64,000 bases of DNA, taken from positions 195,985 to 259,984 of the forward strand of contig NMRA01000591.1 in assembly GCA_002633005.1 (NCBI GenBank). Reading direction: 5' to 3'. A program made the position numbers and the translations under genes. This DNA is from Phoronis australis (Eukaryota > Animalia > Phoronida). The notes beneath the pieces are model-generated. The model did not search any database, was not told where the DNA came from, and was given only the letters and a program-made list of their open reading frames with translations. Shown piece by piece: positions 37,878 to 51,413 of the stretch. Positions within the stretch are counted from its first letter, which is position 1. Each line of letters starts with the position of its first letter.

Positions 37878-40800
37878 TTTATGCATGCATAATACTGCCC
37901 TGTGCTGTTTATAAAATGATTCATTTGGGAAAAGTTTACCTGTTGCCCACTAAATAATAATAATTCCATTTCTGAGCAGTGACGCCTTCTGTAATATTTT
38001 CCTGTACTCAAGAAATAAGATTAAAAATTGAACAGATAAGTTATTAAATGAATTCTATACTTTGTTTACCGAAAGCCTACTTGCAAACTGTCTCGCTTTT
38101 CCAACATTTCCCGCCATCACACACCTGTCTCGCCTTTTGGCACTGGGCGAAACTGATGCATTATCCTACATGTATGTCATAGTGATTACGTTGGCGATGT
38201 GTCCCTATTTTACTGTTGGACTAAAAAACAAAAAAACGCTGTTTAGCGATTTTGTGTATTACGGCACCGGTTGTCTACCGTTGCACACGAAAACGTTGTC
38301 TGGACAATTTGTGTGTTGCGGCGAGAATTTCAAAACTTGCGTTTTGGCAAAGACCCAGACGTCCCGCTTTATATTCGCATGTAACGCATTTCAATCGAGG
38401 TTTTCCTTTTTCATTCTCAAATGTCGATAACAATGCCCCGGGTGTTCCAAACTGTTTCTCTGCTATGAAAATTGTGTTCTGATATTTGTAGTTTACGGTG
38501 GCACATATACAAGTAACAAGAATGTTTACTTCGTAAAGTAATCAGCTTATTCCTAAATTTCTGGGAGGAGTCCTAAACTACAAGCAATGTAATTATCTAT
38601 ACACAGTACATTTCAAAGCTACGCACTAGATGCAAATTTATGTTTTATCTACATGTACATGCACCAGAAAAGCCTTTTTTGTAAATTTCACCCACGCATA
38701 GAGTAATTAGTTGAGAATGTTTTTTCAGTTTAGTGACTTACATCATAGACTATAGTACATGGACCGCCAACTCCGTATACTTTCAATGGACGAAATCTGT
38801 GACCTTACGCACAAGCCCTTACGTCATTATTCACTGGCGACATCTGGCTAAATTATCTGGTGCAATTTCCGGCAAGTACGTCGTCTGCTAATCATGGTCG
38901 GCTACTGTGTGGCCGGTTGTTCGGCCACACACGCGAAATGCAAAGGAATTAGCCTCCATACCATTTGAAGACCCCATAATCGGCTGTGGGAAGAAAACCT
39001 TACTTCTTGTGTCAACGTGAATGGCAGTTGTTTCAGCAATAAGACTTTATACATTTGTCCAAGGCACTTGATGAAGGTTTTTAAGAGACTACTACTAAGT
39101 TAGTCTTAATCCTGTCTTCACAAATCCATTTTTTGTTTTCTCCGTTTTGATAAAAACTATCTGGTAAACGTTTTGACGAAAATTATGCGCTAAATTTCTT
39201 CCAATGGTAGTGACTCGTAAACTCCTGTCCTTACGAGGAAGTTCAGCTATAGCCTATTGTGCGAATTAATCAAATTACTCTTCGCTGGCCCTGATCAGAC
39301 GGTTGGTCTCAGCAGAATGCGCACATTTGGCCAGGATTTGGATCAGCGATTTCAACACATTCATATTCGTGTACAAATAAATAGAACGCTGGTAAAACCT
39401 TTAAGATCAATAAAGATTACATTAATACATCATAAATAAGCACCCGGACCAGTCAAAATCTGTCTCGCAATTCAACAGCAGGTTACACACTCATTTCATG
39501 TCTAATATATGCCGCACAAAATCTCTCCGACTGCCGTCTATGAAAATGCAACCAACTTCTTTGAAAACATGGAACAGGAACACCAGCGGGGTGTAAAGGT
39601 TGTTTTTATTCTTCAATGTTAAATTTTTTGTAATCGGACATATGGTTTTTTAAATTTCCGCCTCAAGTCCTAACATTTCTAAATTTAAGCCTTTCAAACG
39701 AACGTTTAAGACAAAAACAAAATTCTTCAACCAGTTTTGTAAAGTCCTATGCCACCTGTAGGGTACATAATGAGCCAATCCCACTCCTAATGTAACAAAA
39801 GGGTCCCCGTGCATAAAGGATACTAAGTATTGCCCTTCTGAACTATTACCGTATGCGCTCTAATAAGCGGCCAGGGTGCTTAGAAAAATCCGCTTCATGA
39901 AGGGGGCGCTTATTATAGCCCAAAAGTGGTTGTAACGCGGTCTCCGAAACAGGTGAAGTCGTAAGCTAGAATTCATCAAAGTTACGCTCTGTGACGCATC
40001 TGTAACCCATGAACAGAGTTTGTACAAAACTGCAGTGCATTGCTATCAAACTTTGTTGTCAACTTACGAGCATTTTTCAGAAAATACCACTGCCAAAATT
40101 GCCGTGAATCAGGTTTCAAGCTCCTCAGCTTGGTTTAACTATATATTAATAAACCATAAAAATGGTTCCAAGTGATCAGTGCAATGCCTGCGCACGTCTA
40201 ATAAATGTGTATCATGCAGCTCCTGATTTAAACAAAGGTCTGTTTTTTAATTTTGGTCCGGTATAAATAACGCCACAGACCTGGAAATCCAGCGAAACAC
40301 TTCTACCTTACAAATCTGACAATCCCTAGTCTCAGAAAATTTGAGCACCCGGCAAAAGATACTAATGATGAAATTCTGGTGATGATAATCACCCACTTTG
40401 TTTATTTACTTCACCTCAATTTGAAATACTTGGTAAAATGAAGCCCATTCGAGTAAGCATCATGTGGGTCCCAATGCCAACCCAATATATGATAGAACCC
40501 AACAAGCTCAAGTTGCAGTCAAATCAGGATGGGCATAAATAAGGAAATTTACTGTATCAACAGATTGGCCAAATAAGAATAAGATACAAAGTGTTGCTAC
40601 AGTGCACACGTGCACGATACTTGGTCTATTATTTTCCCGCCGTAAATGCATGAACCAATCAGATCACCAATGGCGCAAAGTTTTCGAAAACAGCTCGATT
40701 TTTAGGGAGTCCTGTTTTACTGTTCTATTTATTTTCAAAATTTTATTGTGTTACATTTAGTTTATTTTCTGTTCAACTCAATGAAGCCACCTAATATGAA

Positions 40801-42059
40801 TGCATTCAACACAATTAATGCATTGTAAAAACCAAAAGTTATGCTCTATCAACGTTAGACAAAATCAGTACACCCCTTTCTTAAAAAATGGAATAAAAGT
40901 TAGAAACAAAGGACACACGTTTCCATCACTTGTAACGTCGATTTTCGACATTGATGTTGGGGAGGAACAACAGTTATCACACGAAGGCGATGATTTTCAA
41001 AATTTGATTCGTTTTCGTAGCCATGTCTTTTTTCCCTATGGTTCAGGGCTACATTCTGAATCTAGGAACAAGAACTGAAAAAGGCAGGGTTCGTGATAAC
41101 GTTGGAGAACGGTAACATTTATATAAGGTGATACAACTGTCATCTGTTTTCATCCAACCTTCCCAGATGAAAACTTGAATGAAGAGGACCTTCAGTACTT
41201 GAGTGAGCATGGTATACTGTGTGATTTATGTTGAGTTCTTTTAAGAACCGTACGCTATAGCTACAACCAACGGCCCTTTTAAGGGCCACTCAACACTTCC
41301 CAGAAGAACTGCTCACTTGATAATGTTGATTTATAAACATGCTTTCGTAGTTTTCTCAGTAGGCCTATGTGAACCATAAATCAAAGACTGTCCGATAACT
41401 ATGCTGCTATTGGGCAAGCAGACGACATAATGGGTCGGCACCGAAGTTTGAATTTTGTAGTTAATTACCAGTAGCATTGCCAAAAGTACTCACAATACCA
41501 ACACTTCTACTATTGAAAGACTTTGAAAAGCGTTTCAATGCCGAAATTAATATAAATTAATATTTATTTCGTTGTTTTGGACAGTAAAGTAGATGCAAGT
41601 ATTTCTCGTCAAAATGCATTGACCGGAAACTGCAGCAGATAGGTCAGGAGAGTTCAACTCAGCACGTAAGGATATGCCGGAGTTGCGAATCTGTTGTCTA
41701 TAATCTATGCTTACATGTATTGATAAGAGAACGTAACAATGACAAAGCATTTTTAGTTATTCACTCACCCACGCAAACTTGCGTTCAACCGGGGAGACCC
41801 ATAAAAACGAAAATTACATAAATAATGACGGGGTATTTGATGTACACAAATCTGACGGAAAACAAGCGTTTCAAAAGTAGAGTAGGGAAGGTTCAAACTG
41901 TCGAATATTGCAAATCGAAACCTTGAAGGCACCCGCATAAAATCTAAGATTTCGGACACCATCGATATTTGCCGTCTTTCTCAGATTTTTCTAATTTCGG
42001 TCGGACAGTAATTCCTATTTCTAAAATTTCGGAAAGGTTCAAAATAAATATTTCTTCGC

Positions 42060-42300
42060 TGTCGTAAATCTCTTAGTACTTTCCTTTTGAAATTTTCGAA
42101 ACAAGGTCTGGAGTTATTTAGCTTTTGTTTGTAAATGTAAAATTTTCTTAGACGCAAAACAAGATTCAAAATTATAGGTGTACTGAATTTACACTAGGTC
42201 AATACAAACAAGATTTAAAGATATATCACACAAATCGTTCAACCACGAGAAGATGCAAAGTTTTCATTCCAGAAAGGATGTGCCGAATTTTTGGACTCTG
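42060..42300 (-). mobile_element. Tx1/L1-type LINE ORF2 C-terminal fragment
   Basis: LNLVLRLRKFYIYKQKLNNSRPCFENFKRKV resembles the N..IL..K.YIY..K....P.F..F tail of Tx1/L1 ORF2. Confidence 0.55.
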
Positions 42301-42817
42301 CCAAGCAAAATATCCACCAATCAGAATCCGAAATTGTTAATTTTCGAAAACGTTGCAATGCGTCAATCTAGATGACTTTAAGTCACGCCTACTAGTTAGG
42401 TATTATTACTAGAAACAAAATGGTTCCCGAATCACCGAATCGCAAGCCGATGATCCTCCGTGTGACAATAGTTGGGGCCATTAGATGGCAAAATACTCCA
42501 AAACCATAGATGGAATTTATTTTCGGGGACAATAGCTCTAAATTTACTTCGTTTATGCTACACAAAAATTCAACCCTATAAGCCCAGTTCATTTGTATTC
42601 CATATTAGTCGGTCTGAAAAATGAATGCAAATGGGTCCCACGCAAGCGCGGCGCAACCTCAGCAGCGCGTGATAGAAGTTGGCATTCCATTCATACAGTT
42701 CCGTGGTAACAAAAAAGGTAAGAGGGTGCATTATAAGCAAAACAATCTAACGGAATAAATTGACTTTAGTTGTCGGTCAATGTCCGTTATTGTAATCCGA
42801 TGATCATACATCTGCAG

Positions 42818-42961
42818 TTCTTCTGGCTATCATCCCGGTCGTGGCGGGCCGATGTCAAGACACGCTTTGCCGAGTTTGTGCTACGAACGTTCGTGTGTGC
42901 GACCTCTGTCGGCGAGGACATGCCACGAGCACTTTTAGTTCTTCGTGTGAGAGAACTCTCA
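42818..42961 (+). CDS. Isolated exon: end of a signal peptide plus a furin-like Cys-rich module
   Basis: Acceptor catctgcag|TT, donor A|gtaagt, 144 nt, phase 1-1, no stop. Reads xLLAIIPVVAGRCQDTLCRVCATNVRVCDLCRRGHATSTFSSSCERTL. Confidence 0.55.
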
Positions 42962-43326
42962 GTAAGTTAACACATTTAATTAACGCAGTTTATTGGCAAC
43001 AAATCCATTAGCAGAGACAATCCTGTCAACGATTTACATGTCCACATCCTGGTTTTCAGAACAAAATACCTTAAATAAGTACAATGGCTTTAATCGCGAA
43101 ACTCCTTTTTATATAACAAAATTACCTCAAATTAGCTGAGAGACGATTATGAAAACATGCACTAGTTGATCAACACATGAAAGTTGAGCCAAACAATTCC
43201 CTACCATTTTTTTCTACCATCAAGATAGCGCCAGCGATTTTTTAAAAACCGTTCAATTTCGGATAAGTTGACCAGCACAATCAAACGGATATTTCACTTC
43301 TTCACTTACTAATGTTTTGAGGGTGG

Positions 43327-43496
43327 CAGTGGCGGACTTAGGGCGTGTTGGGGGGAAGGGCAAGGGGGCCGTGGTCCACCCTAAAATTCTCCCACATTCT
43401 ATTTGGCGTTTGAGGGGTGCGAATGTCTGAACGGAAAAATCCTGGCTAAAACTCTGCCCTGACCCCCATAACTCTAAGAAAATGGATCCGCCTGTG
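43327..43496 (-). mobile_element. G-rich MITE, copy 2 of the 24208-24366 family
   Basis: CAGTGGCGGACTTAGG...GGATCCGCCTGTG; internal homology to copy 1 in the opposite orientation. Confidence 0.75.
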
Positions 43497-43643
43497 GATA
43501 GGATTCATTTTAGGCACAGTATGGAGGAATTTAATACGTTGATACGTAGATTTGTGTATGCAACGTTTGTACCGGAGCAGGCAAAATTACTTGGGAATTT
43601 GCAATTTTTTCATATTAATTTAAAGGTCTGTCTCTAAAATATT

Positions 43644-45594
43644 CGGCTAAATCACAATCAAGGTCCACATTCGAGACTTGACGGTGTTACGGTCTAAAAT
43701 AGTATTTTTGGCCACTTTACAAATGCCAACTGATTCTCATTATGCAAAGAGTTATTTAGTTGTGCAAATTAAAAAAAAAGAATCATCAAAATCGGACAAT
43801 GTTTGAGAAATTTATGCATGTTTTTGTCTATGAATTTCATGCATTTTTAGCGTTACGAATGGCCATTTTAAAAATAACAATTTTCAACTGTCAAGAGTAG
43901 AAAAGAAATTTATTTTATCAAGCAAGCAATTGTTTAGATGTGACTGGGAATAACTTGAATCACTTTCAGAGTCAATTACATGTAGATGAAGTTGTGCTTA
44001 ATCATTGAGAAATGGTAGGGTTCATCATAAAACAGGCACTCGTTACGAAATTTGTAAATTCTGTGTTTCTCACCCTCACCTACTGTAAAGAAGGTTAAAA
44101 ACTAAAGTTCACACTCTGTAACAAAAAGAACTGCAAATTATGTCAGCCTAGGCATCACAGGAATTTATTCAATATCTAAACAAACCAAAAGTTTGGATAT
44201 TGAATCAGTTCTTCTATGATGAAAATAGGCCAAAAAGGCTAACAAAATGTAGAGTACGTACCGCCATGTGGAATTCAGTAACACATATGGTCATTGCAAA
44301 TGAACTTATTGCCTTTTAAATAACAACATGGTGCTTATTATCACCAAAGAAAAATAAATGGCCATACAACACTTTGTTACCATGTGATGCAGAAACGGTG
44401 ATGTAGTGTACAATGTACGTACCCCCTTTTGTAGTGTACGTACCCCCATGTTTACAAATGCCATAACATTAAAATATCACTTGGTAAGTGAGCAACATTG
44501 GTCATAAACATTTTCCTTCCTTAAAATGTTAGGTTAAAAGAGTGTTTATTGCGAATCCATTTGTTTTGAGGTAAATACATGTATTAGCATTTGTGTAATG
44601 AACGTACTCCCATATTTTAATTTGAGCCAATTTTTAAAGTATGGCAGATATGCATATGAATGCTGTGCTTCGTATTTTTTCTCTTTGAATTGATTTAGTA
44701 AATCAACTAACTCTCAGAAGATTCGTAGTATTAAGTTACAAACCTGACATGTCATTGAAATGTAGTGTACGTACCCCTGTGTAGTGTACGTACCCCATGT
44801 GAATAAAAACCATGAAACTAAAATATTGCACGGTAAGTAAGCAACACTTGTCACAGACAGCTTCCTCCATTAAAAATGCTAGGTTAAAAGGGTGTTAACT
44901 ACATATACATTTGTTTTAGGCGAAATATTAGCATTTGTGTAGAGTACGTAGCCCTATATTTTAACATGTGCTTGTTTTCAAAGAATGACAGGCAGATGTG
45001 CACATGACTGCATGGTGAACTTTTTATTGTCCGCTTTGAATATTGGTAAATGAACCAACTCTCAGTAGATTTTGATTATTTTTATAAACCTGAAAAGTCA
45101 TTGAAATGTAGTGTACGTACCCCTGTGTAGTGTACGTACCTCCTGCCTCTGTGCTATAAAGTATTGCCCACAAGAATTTTTAGATACTGCTGTTCTCATG
45201 AACAATACTGATATTTCCAAAATGAATACATTCTGACAAAAAAACAAAAAACAATGGACATTATCAAATTTGTGGACAATAAAATGCCACACATGAGTTG
45301 GCTAGTACTGAAAATCCTAGAAGACACGTTATGTGACAATTGATGTTGCAGAGGCAGGTTCTCTATCTCTCAAGGCAACTTCTACTTGCAACAAACCAAC
45401 AATTAGAGGCAGCACAAAACTAGAGACCATCCCATACACGTACACTAGTAACTTGTGCAAAAATATTTTAGATTACAAACCTGGAATGATGGTACTTTGA
45501 AATAAATCAGCTTTTACAGTAATATGACAACCTTCAATTTTCACCAAAAGTGGCCACCGAATATAGAATATAGACCTTGATTGTGATTTGGCCG
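43644..45594. mobile_element. Non-autonomous TIR DNA transposon carrying an internal ~350-bp tandem array
   Basis: CGGCTAAATCACAATCAAGGTC at 43644 is inverted to GACCTTGATTGTGATTTGGCCG ending 45594; sub-terminal GGCCACTTT/AAAGTGGCC; repeat units headed by TGTAGTGTACGTACCCC at about 44400, 44760 and 45105. Confidence 0.75.
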
Positions 45595-48144
45595 ATTACG
45601 TTCAGTCTCAAGAACACAATGGTCATCCAGAAAAAGTTTAAAATTGATACTTTTATCAAGAACATTGACCTTAATGCCCTAATGGTTTGACAAAACGTCT
45701 ATGTTTCGTCCAAGGCGACACCTAACATGTAATACTGCTTTTTGTGGGATACTAAGAATTTCAACCCTGCACACGGAAAATAATCTACATGAATCAAAGA
45801 CTACATCTACGGTGCAATAATTATTGAGCAAAACAGTTTCAACAGCATGTTAATTTATGACGTCATACAAGGAAGTAGTATTGTTTGTTGCGGCAATTTT
45901 GTATGCAAACAGCTAAGTGTTTGAAGAACTGTAACAAATATGATAAAAGGAAAACAAGTGTGAACCAGCCAGAAAGAACAAAAAGTAAAGTACACCTGTC
46001 GACCTTGCCCAATAGTGTTTTCAAGCAACGGATTTCTAAGAAAATTAGAATTATCTACTTTCACAGCAATCTCGAAGGACACCTGGATTAAGACAAGATT
46101 TTGTTGCCCAATATGGCGCATTGAAGTTAAAACTGTTCAGTGGGTGTACAGTGTTATGAAACTGATAAACGTGACTGAGTTTCTTTAAAATCCACGCGTT
46201 TAACCTTTCGCAGACTTCTTTTCATAAAAAGACGTAGAAAAAAAGAAATGTGTAGAGCTTCTTGCATTTGTGTATTTACCGTCGACTTTGTTTGTGGCTG
46301 ACTTCTAAGCACCCGGTACTGCACAGTGGTTCATTTGGGCCACATAATTGGCACGGAAAAAGCTTTGACTTATACATAGAATTATACAATCCTGGCCGGA
46401 TTCACACCTTTACCGGTGGTCCTGTAAATACCTACCTTCAAACATGGTACGGGTTTAGGTTCAGTGTTGGCCTACTGCTTTAAACCATGAGAACCGACAA
46501 TGTCGAGTTACAGTTGTTATGGGCAAATGTCACGTGACAGTTACTTCCAGGTTTATTGTAAACATCGCATGTCGATGCTTGATTTGATGACAGCTGAATT
46601 TTTGATCAGGAATACAATCAGTAGCATGTAATTAATAGTGATCAAACACTATTGGCAATTTCAGGATGTGTAATCCCATTGATGCTATTAAGGCGTTTAG
46701 AGGTCATTCTTTTTCTGTCATCAGATTCGATTTATTACTCTAATCAGTTATCGTTATACTCTTCATTATGGGCGTTAAATGGGTGACTTAACACATTTTA
46801 TCTGTAAAACAGATATATTTATTTGCTTTGTATTGCCTTCTTTCCATTTTGTGACGTCAGCTCAAAGCGTCTCGATCTACTTCAGTAGTTTGTGCAGGAC
46901 ACTTGTACGAACCATCTTTTAGTAGAGAAGATTTTCCATGGCTGGAATTTACCAATAATTCGTGTTCAAGTGTACATGTATAATAACACGTTTTTAAAGA
47001 CAATCTTTCACAAATGTTCGCCTGTTAGCTGCAAACCTCTCTACGGTTCATGCAGTACATTATCGTGTTGTCTTTTATCTCATTTCCAAAAAGCTACCGG
47101 CAGACATTTTTGGAGAACCAACTGTTAAAGAAATTCATAAATCGAATTTAAAAAACTCCCCTTAATCCAAAAGCTCTTTCCACCCTCTAGATTACATGCA
47201 TTTAGGTTGAGTATCGAGACGTTTGCTAATTTACTCTTTGTATTCGGGCTCTGAAAATGGCGGGACTTCCGTTCCCGGGTAGAACGGAGCAGAGGCCAAT
47301 TTTGACTTCTTTTACTTAAAACACTTCGAGGAATTATTGATTACTATGCGTGGTAATCTCTTCCCATTAAATCCACAAAATTGTCTTAATCCATTTTTTT
47401 CATATTTGGGAAGCTACAAAGGCTGAAACCGTGAATTTAGACTTATACTTAAGTGAAGGGAATACATTCCCAAAGATCACTACATTTCCCGCCTAATCAG
47501 ATAGGCTTCACTTGTGTTTTCCCACCTACTGTGTATAATCGAAGCTATGACATCTTGTCGGGCATTCTAACCACGGACATATCGACAGCACGTAGGAGAC
47601 GCATCACGTCAGAAAACAGGCGATGCTAGGGGTTGGTGTAGTAGCTGAAGCCACTAACTAAAGAATGGTAGCCTACTATCAACATCACTCGAGGGAAGAA
47701 ATTGGTTGCAATAGAAGTGTGTCCATTAACGGAATTCATTCTAGGAAGCAATGTAGTCTTTCATCCATTAGGATTTATTTGTCTGGTGAATGTTCCATGC
47801 TGCGTCCACTTCAGCATTCAACTGTAATTTTACCACTTTCTTGAAATGCATGCTATCTTTACAGTATGTAGAAGAAAATGTAAAAATAGACATATCGATC
47901 TAAACGGACTGAATGGTTCAAAACGGTCATACTGGGTACAATGGACACTATGGCGCGATTTGTGGCTAGGTTCTGTTCGCCCTGATGCGTTACATGGGAT
48001 GGGATGTGTAACACGTGATTGGTCAGAAATTTAAAATTCTCCCTCGTAAGATGGTAGACAAGACGTTTTACAAAAAGTCCACACCTGAACGCAGTACGCC
48101 GTTATTTCCATAACGTTACTCACATAAGTAAATATATATGGCGA

Positions 48145-48268
48145 AGTCGTTATCCCCCGTAATCAAGAGCCCGAGTGGATTTTGGAGAATTATCGCCCGA
48201 GTCACCTTAGCCCCGAGGGTGATAATTCTACAAAATCCACGAGGGCTCTAGATAAGGGGATAAGGACT
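48145..48268. repeat. Palindromic (hairpin) element, copy 1
   Basis: AGTCGTTATCCCC..AGAGCCC.GTGGATTTTG.AGAATTATC.CCC <loop> GGGTGATAATTCT.CAAAATCCAC.GGGCTCT..GGGGATAAGGACT. Confidence 0.85.
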
Positions 48269-48835
48269 GAGAACATGTAAAAATCTTTTTATATCACATA
48301 CTGAACGAGAAACATTGCAATGAATCAATTTACCTGTCTCGACTTGCCTCGGCTTTGTAACTACTTTCTATGTCATAGGCTCGGGGTCGGAGGTTGTGAC
48401 CTTTTAAGAAAAGCCTAGCTATTTTTGTCCAATAATGCTTTTACTCAAAACCAATTAAAAAATAAAACAAAATAGAAATAAAGTGAATCTTTAAATTAAG
48501 GTTTTGCAACTATTATAGCTTACTACACATTTTATCACGCTAAGCTTCGACCGGGAAAATATCTTCTGCTAAAGTAGGTTACCACTAGTAACTGACTATA
48601 ATGCTCAAGTCAAAGGATCCCGACGACACGGTACCCGCATTTAAATTGGAGATCGGTGATTTACAAGTGAGAGAACACGAGAGAAATTTTTCATTGAATT
48701 AAAACATCGTTTTTATGGAAGGTATGCGTCTTATTTTTCATAGCGTATAAATGTCGGTGCAGTGCCCTTTGCTGAACATGCAATTGTTGCGCGTGCTCAT
48801 TTAGTAATCTATTTTCACGTTCGATGAAGTCAGTC

Positions 48836-48904
48836 GCTGAGTGGTGTAGTGGTAAAGTCGGCGACTAGAAACTCTTGAGGCCCGGCTTCGAATCCGGCCT
48901 CGGT
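48836..48904 (+). pseudogene. tRNA-like sequence (Ser-AGA-like loop), pseudo-tRNA or SINE head
   Basis: A box TGGTGTAGTGG; T-arm CCGG-CTTCGAAT-CCGG; acceptor-like GCTGAG/CTCGGT; loop CTAGAAA; but the anticodon stem is mispaired and there is no long variable arm. Confidence 0.6.
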
Positions 48905-51124
48905 TTCCCGCCAAAATGTTATGTCACTAGTGAGATAAGTTTATGGGTTATTACACGGTTGTATCTCCCATTCGAGGCTAATATTGTGGTATAAATGGTT
49001 CTAACATCACGTACAGCGTGTATCAGTGATTGATGACACAGCTTTCTGTTAAACCCTTTCCTCTACTACATGTAGTTGCAGTCACACATACATCTGAATT
49101 TCTTACGTGTTTCAAAAGCAGTGATCTCATGCGATTCTTACCGAAATACTTGTACATGGCGCACCGCAAGGAGACTTGCGCGACACCTGTGTTCAAATGC
49201 GGGCCAAGCAGACCTCGGTAAATGCTCTAATAACCATCCTTGTGTTAAATTCATTGTCGGAAATAGATATCGTGTGTGCTTAAAACTTTCCAGTAGGTGA
49301 CCGCAAGCTTCCTAGCCCTAAAACGTACCCATCTGAAGGACAAACACAACGCCAGAGGTCTAATGTCGAACTACCCGACGGATGCAGGTTGATGGAGCAG
49401 GCCAAGGTCATGGTCATGTTTTGCAAGTAAATTTTATTTAATATATAGTATAAAAGACACCAGAGCTTAGCTTTGAAGGACTGACCGATATCAACTACGT
49501 GTACCCTTATAGCACTTATTATTGCTTTCCAAAACAAAGAATGCTTGCTATAGACCATTTTCCTCGCAAAGTCTGCTGAATCGGAAGCGATCGACGACCG
49601 TGGGGGAAATGTACTGTATCTGACGCAGTGAGGAAGCGTTTTGCTGAACAATACCAAACAAATATACCAGGACCATTCTTAATGTAGCCACTGCACAAAT
49701 GTTGACCGATCCCGACGGAGGGTGTAACATTTCTCTCCAGAGGTCCATATAACGTTGTATACTCACGGGATAGTTCACTGTTTCATTGTAACACCAACAG
49801 GTTTCTCATTTATTGGACTTTAGAGGCCAGGACACAGTAATGGCGAATCCAGTCATTCAGACCAGAACAGTGAAAGTCCTTCCTGTTGTAACAAACGACC
49901 AGTCAAGTGCCGTATCCTCACCGATTAAATGCAATTTTCCCAGAGCGTTTCTTCTAGTGTCCCCCATGGTCGTCAATGACACTTGATAAGTCAGATCTTT
50001 CTCTCAACTGGACAATCCATCTTGTGGCAGTTTTGTGAGATTTTTTGTACATTACATGTTTCCGCGAAATTCCACGTACGTTTTGGACCACATGTACATA
50101 TAAGAGACGAGAAATTCTTCAATATTTTTCATCAAAAGGCGATTTTTAGCCACTCGTTGATCTCAAATGTTTTCTCGCTCATATTGCTCTGCCGCATCGA
50201 TCTTTCGAACTTGTAACTAAACTTCCTTCCAGCACGCTTACACGAGATTTCACTTTGGCACAATTATAGAGCGATCCCGAGGGTGACATTTGATGCAAAT
50301 GATACGCCAGACGATCCATCAACACATGTCGTATTACGTTACACGTATATCACCTCCGATGCTTCTTTCGTTTCTTATTAGATATTTTTTATTCCCGTTT
50401 TGCTGCACTGAGGTCTCCAGCTTGCTTTAAGCGGCAAGGTTTCGGGTCGTATATCCAAATTCCATTTCTTGGTTTATTAATCACCATGTTGTTCATGCTT
50501 TTATTAGGGTGAGCGTAACGAAAACGATGTCATTTGGTCAGATTTTAATCTTAGCAAGCTACCATTTTATTTTTACGCGACTTTCATTATTTCATGGAGA
50601 CAAGAAGCTGCGACCTATTGGCATTACTGAGTAGTAGCATGATACATACTTGTCTCAGGAAGATCACAGAAAATTAGATAAATAATGGAGAACTTGAAAA
50701 TATTAAATACACATACAGCCAGAGGTCGCGTAATAATAACTAAACGTACATGTAATTACTCGCTAACCGTGAGCTGCGTTTATATAGTGTCTTGTCTCAA
50801 AGGAGGTCTGGGTATAGTTCAGTAACGCTTTGGGCCTGCGCTAGGACCGGGCTAAAAATCTAGATTTTGCCAGATTACGTGAGATATTGTCGTGTTTTTC
50901 AAACGAGAACACGTGATTTTGGCTAGATTTTCCTAGTGGCGAGAAAACTACTCTACACTGATTTAGCGAACAAACTCCGTACCCGTAATACAAATACAAA
51001 ATGTGTTTTGATGTGAGTCAACTTCAGTTAGTTGGATGGACTACTTTGAGACTTTTCATTATGTGGTATCTGTTCTATTGAATTAACTCACATCTCTATA
51101 AATGGTTGGCGACAATGTTTTCAG

Positions 51125-51413
51125 CACAGACGGCAAGTTGTCGGTTGGTACAACAATAAACGACATGAAACACCTTGGCGAAACTTCGGTTGGGGTTGAA
51201 ATAGAGGACATCAGAGAACTGGATGGTCAACAAACTGTAGTGGACAGCGGGCATCGAGTAACTGCCTTGGATTTCAAATTGACTCCCTTTGACGTGATGT
51301 CCGAGAGTCTTTACAGTATACAGAACATACCAACCAAATATCTTCCAGTCGAAGTCTACATGCCCAAGGTGTCTGACAATTTCATGGTGTCCGCTGATTT
51401 TTTTGTGTTTATG
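51125..51413 (+). CDS. SAARP/CARP4-like protein, first visible exon
   Basis: Acceptor gttttcag|C (phase 2; an in-frame ATG also lies at 51102), donor ATG|gtaagc. TDGKLSV...SVGVEIEDIRELDGQQTVVDSGHRV...FFVFM resembles SAARP SGKI...FE.DEL.E.D.DG...H....VYLF. Confidence 0.8.

Noticed and set aside
38062-38482. Possible THAP remnant (VCCGENF...PGVPNCF)
   Set aside because: Key Cys/His/Trp residues are missing; similarity too weak.
41167-41211. Possible phase 1-1 micro-exon (DENLNEEDLQYLSEH)
   Set aside because: Weak donor, and cannot be linked to any gene.
48836-48904. Functional tRNA-Ser(AGA)
   Set aside because: Anticodon stem unpaired, no long variable arm and a variant T-loop; treated as pseudo-tRNA or SINE head.
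49280-49970. Decayed coding-like sequence on the minus strand
   Set aside because: No recognisable motif; probably a TE remnant but unassignable.
50486-50508. ATG...GG|gtgagc mini-exon (MLFMLLLG) as first exon of the SAARP-like gene
   Set aside because: Phase-compatible with 51125 but too short to give a convincing signal peptide; unsupported without transcripts.
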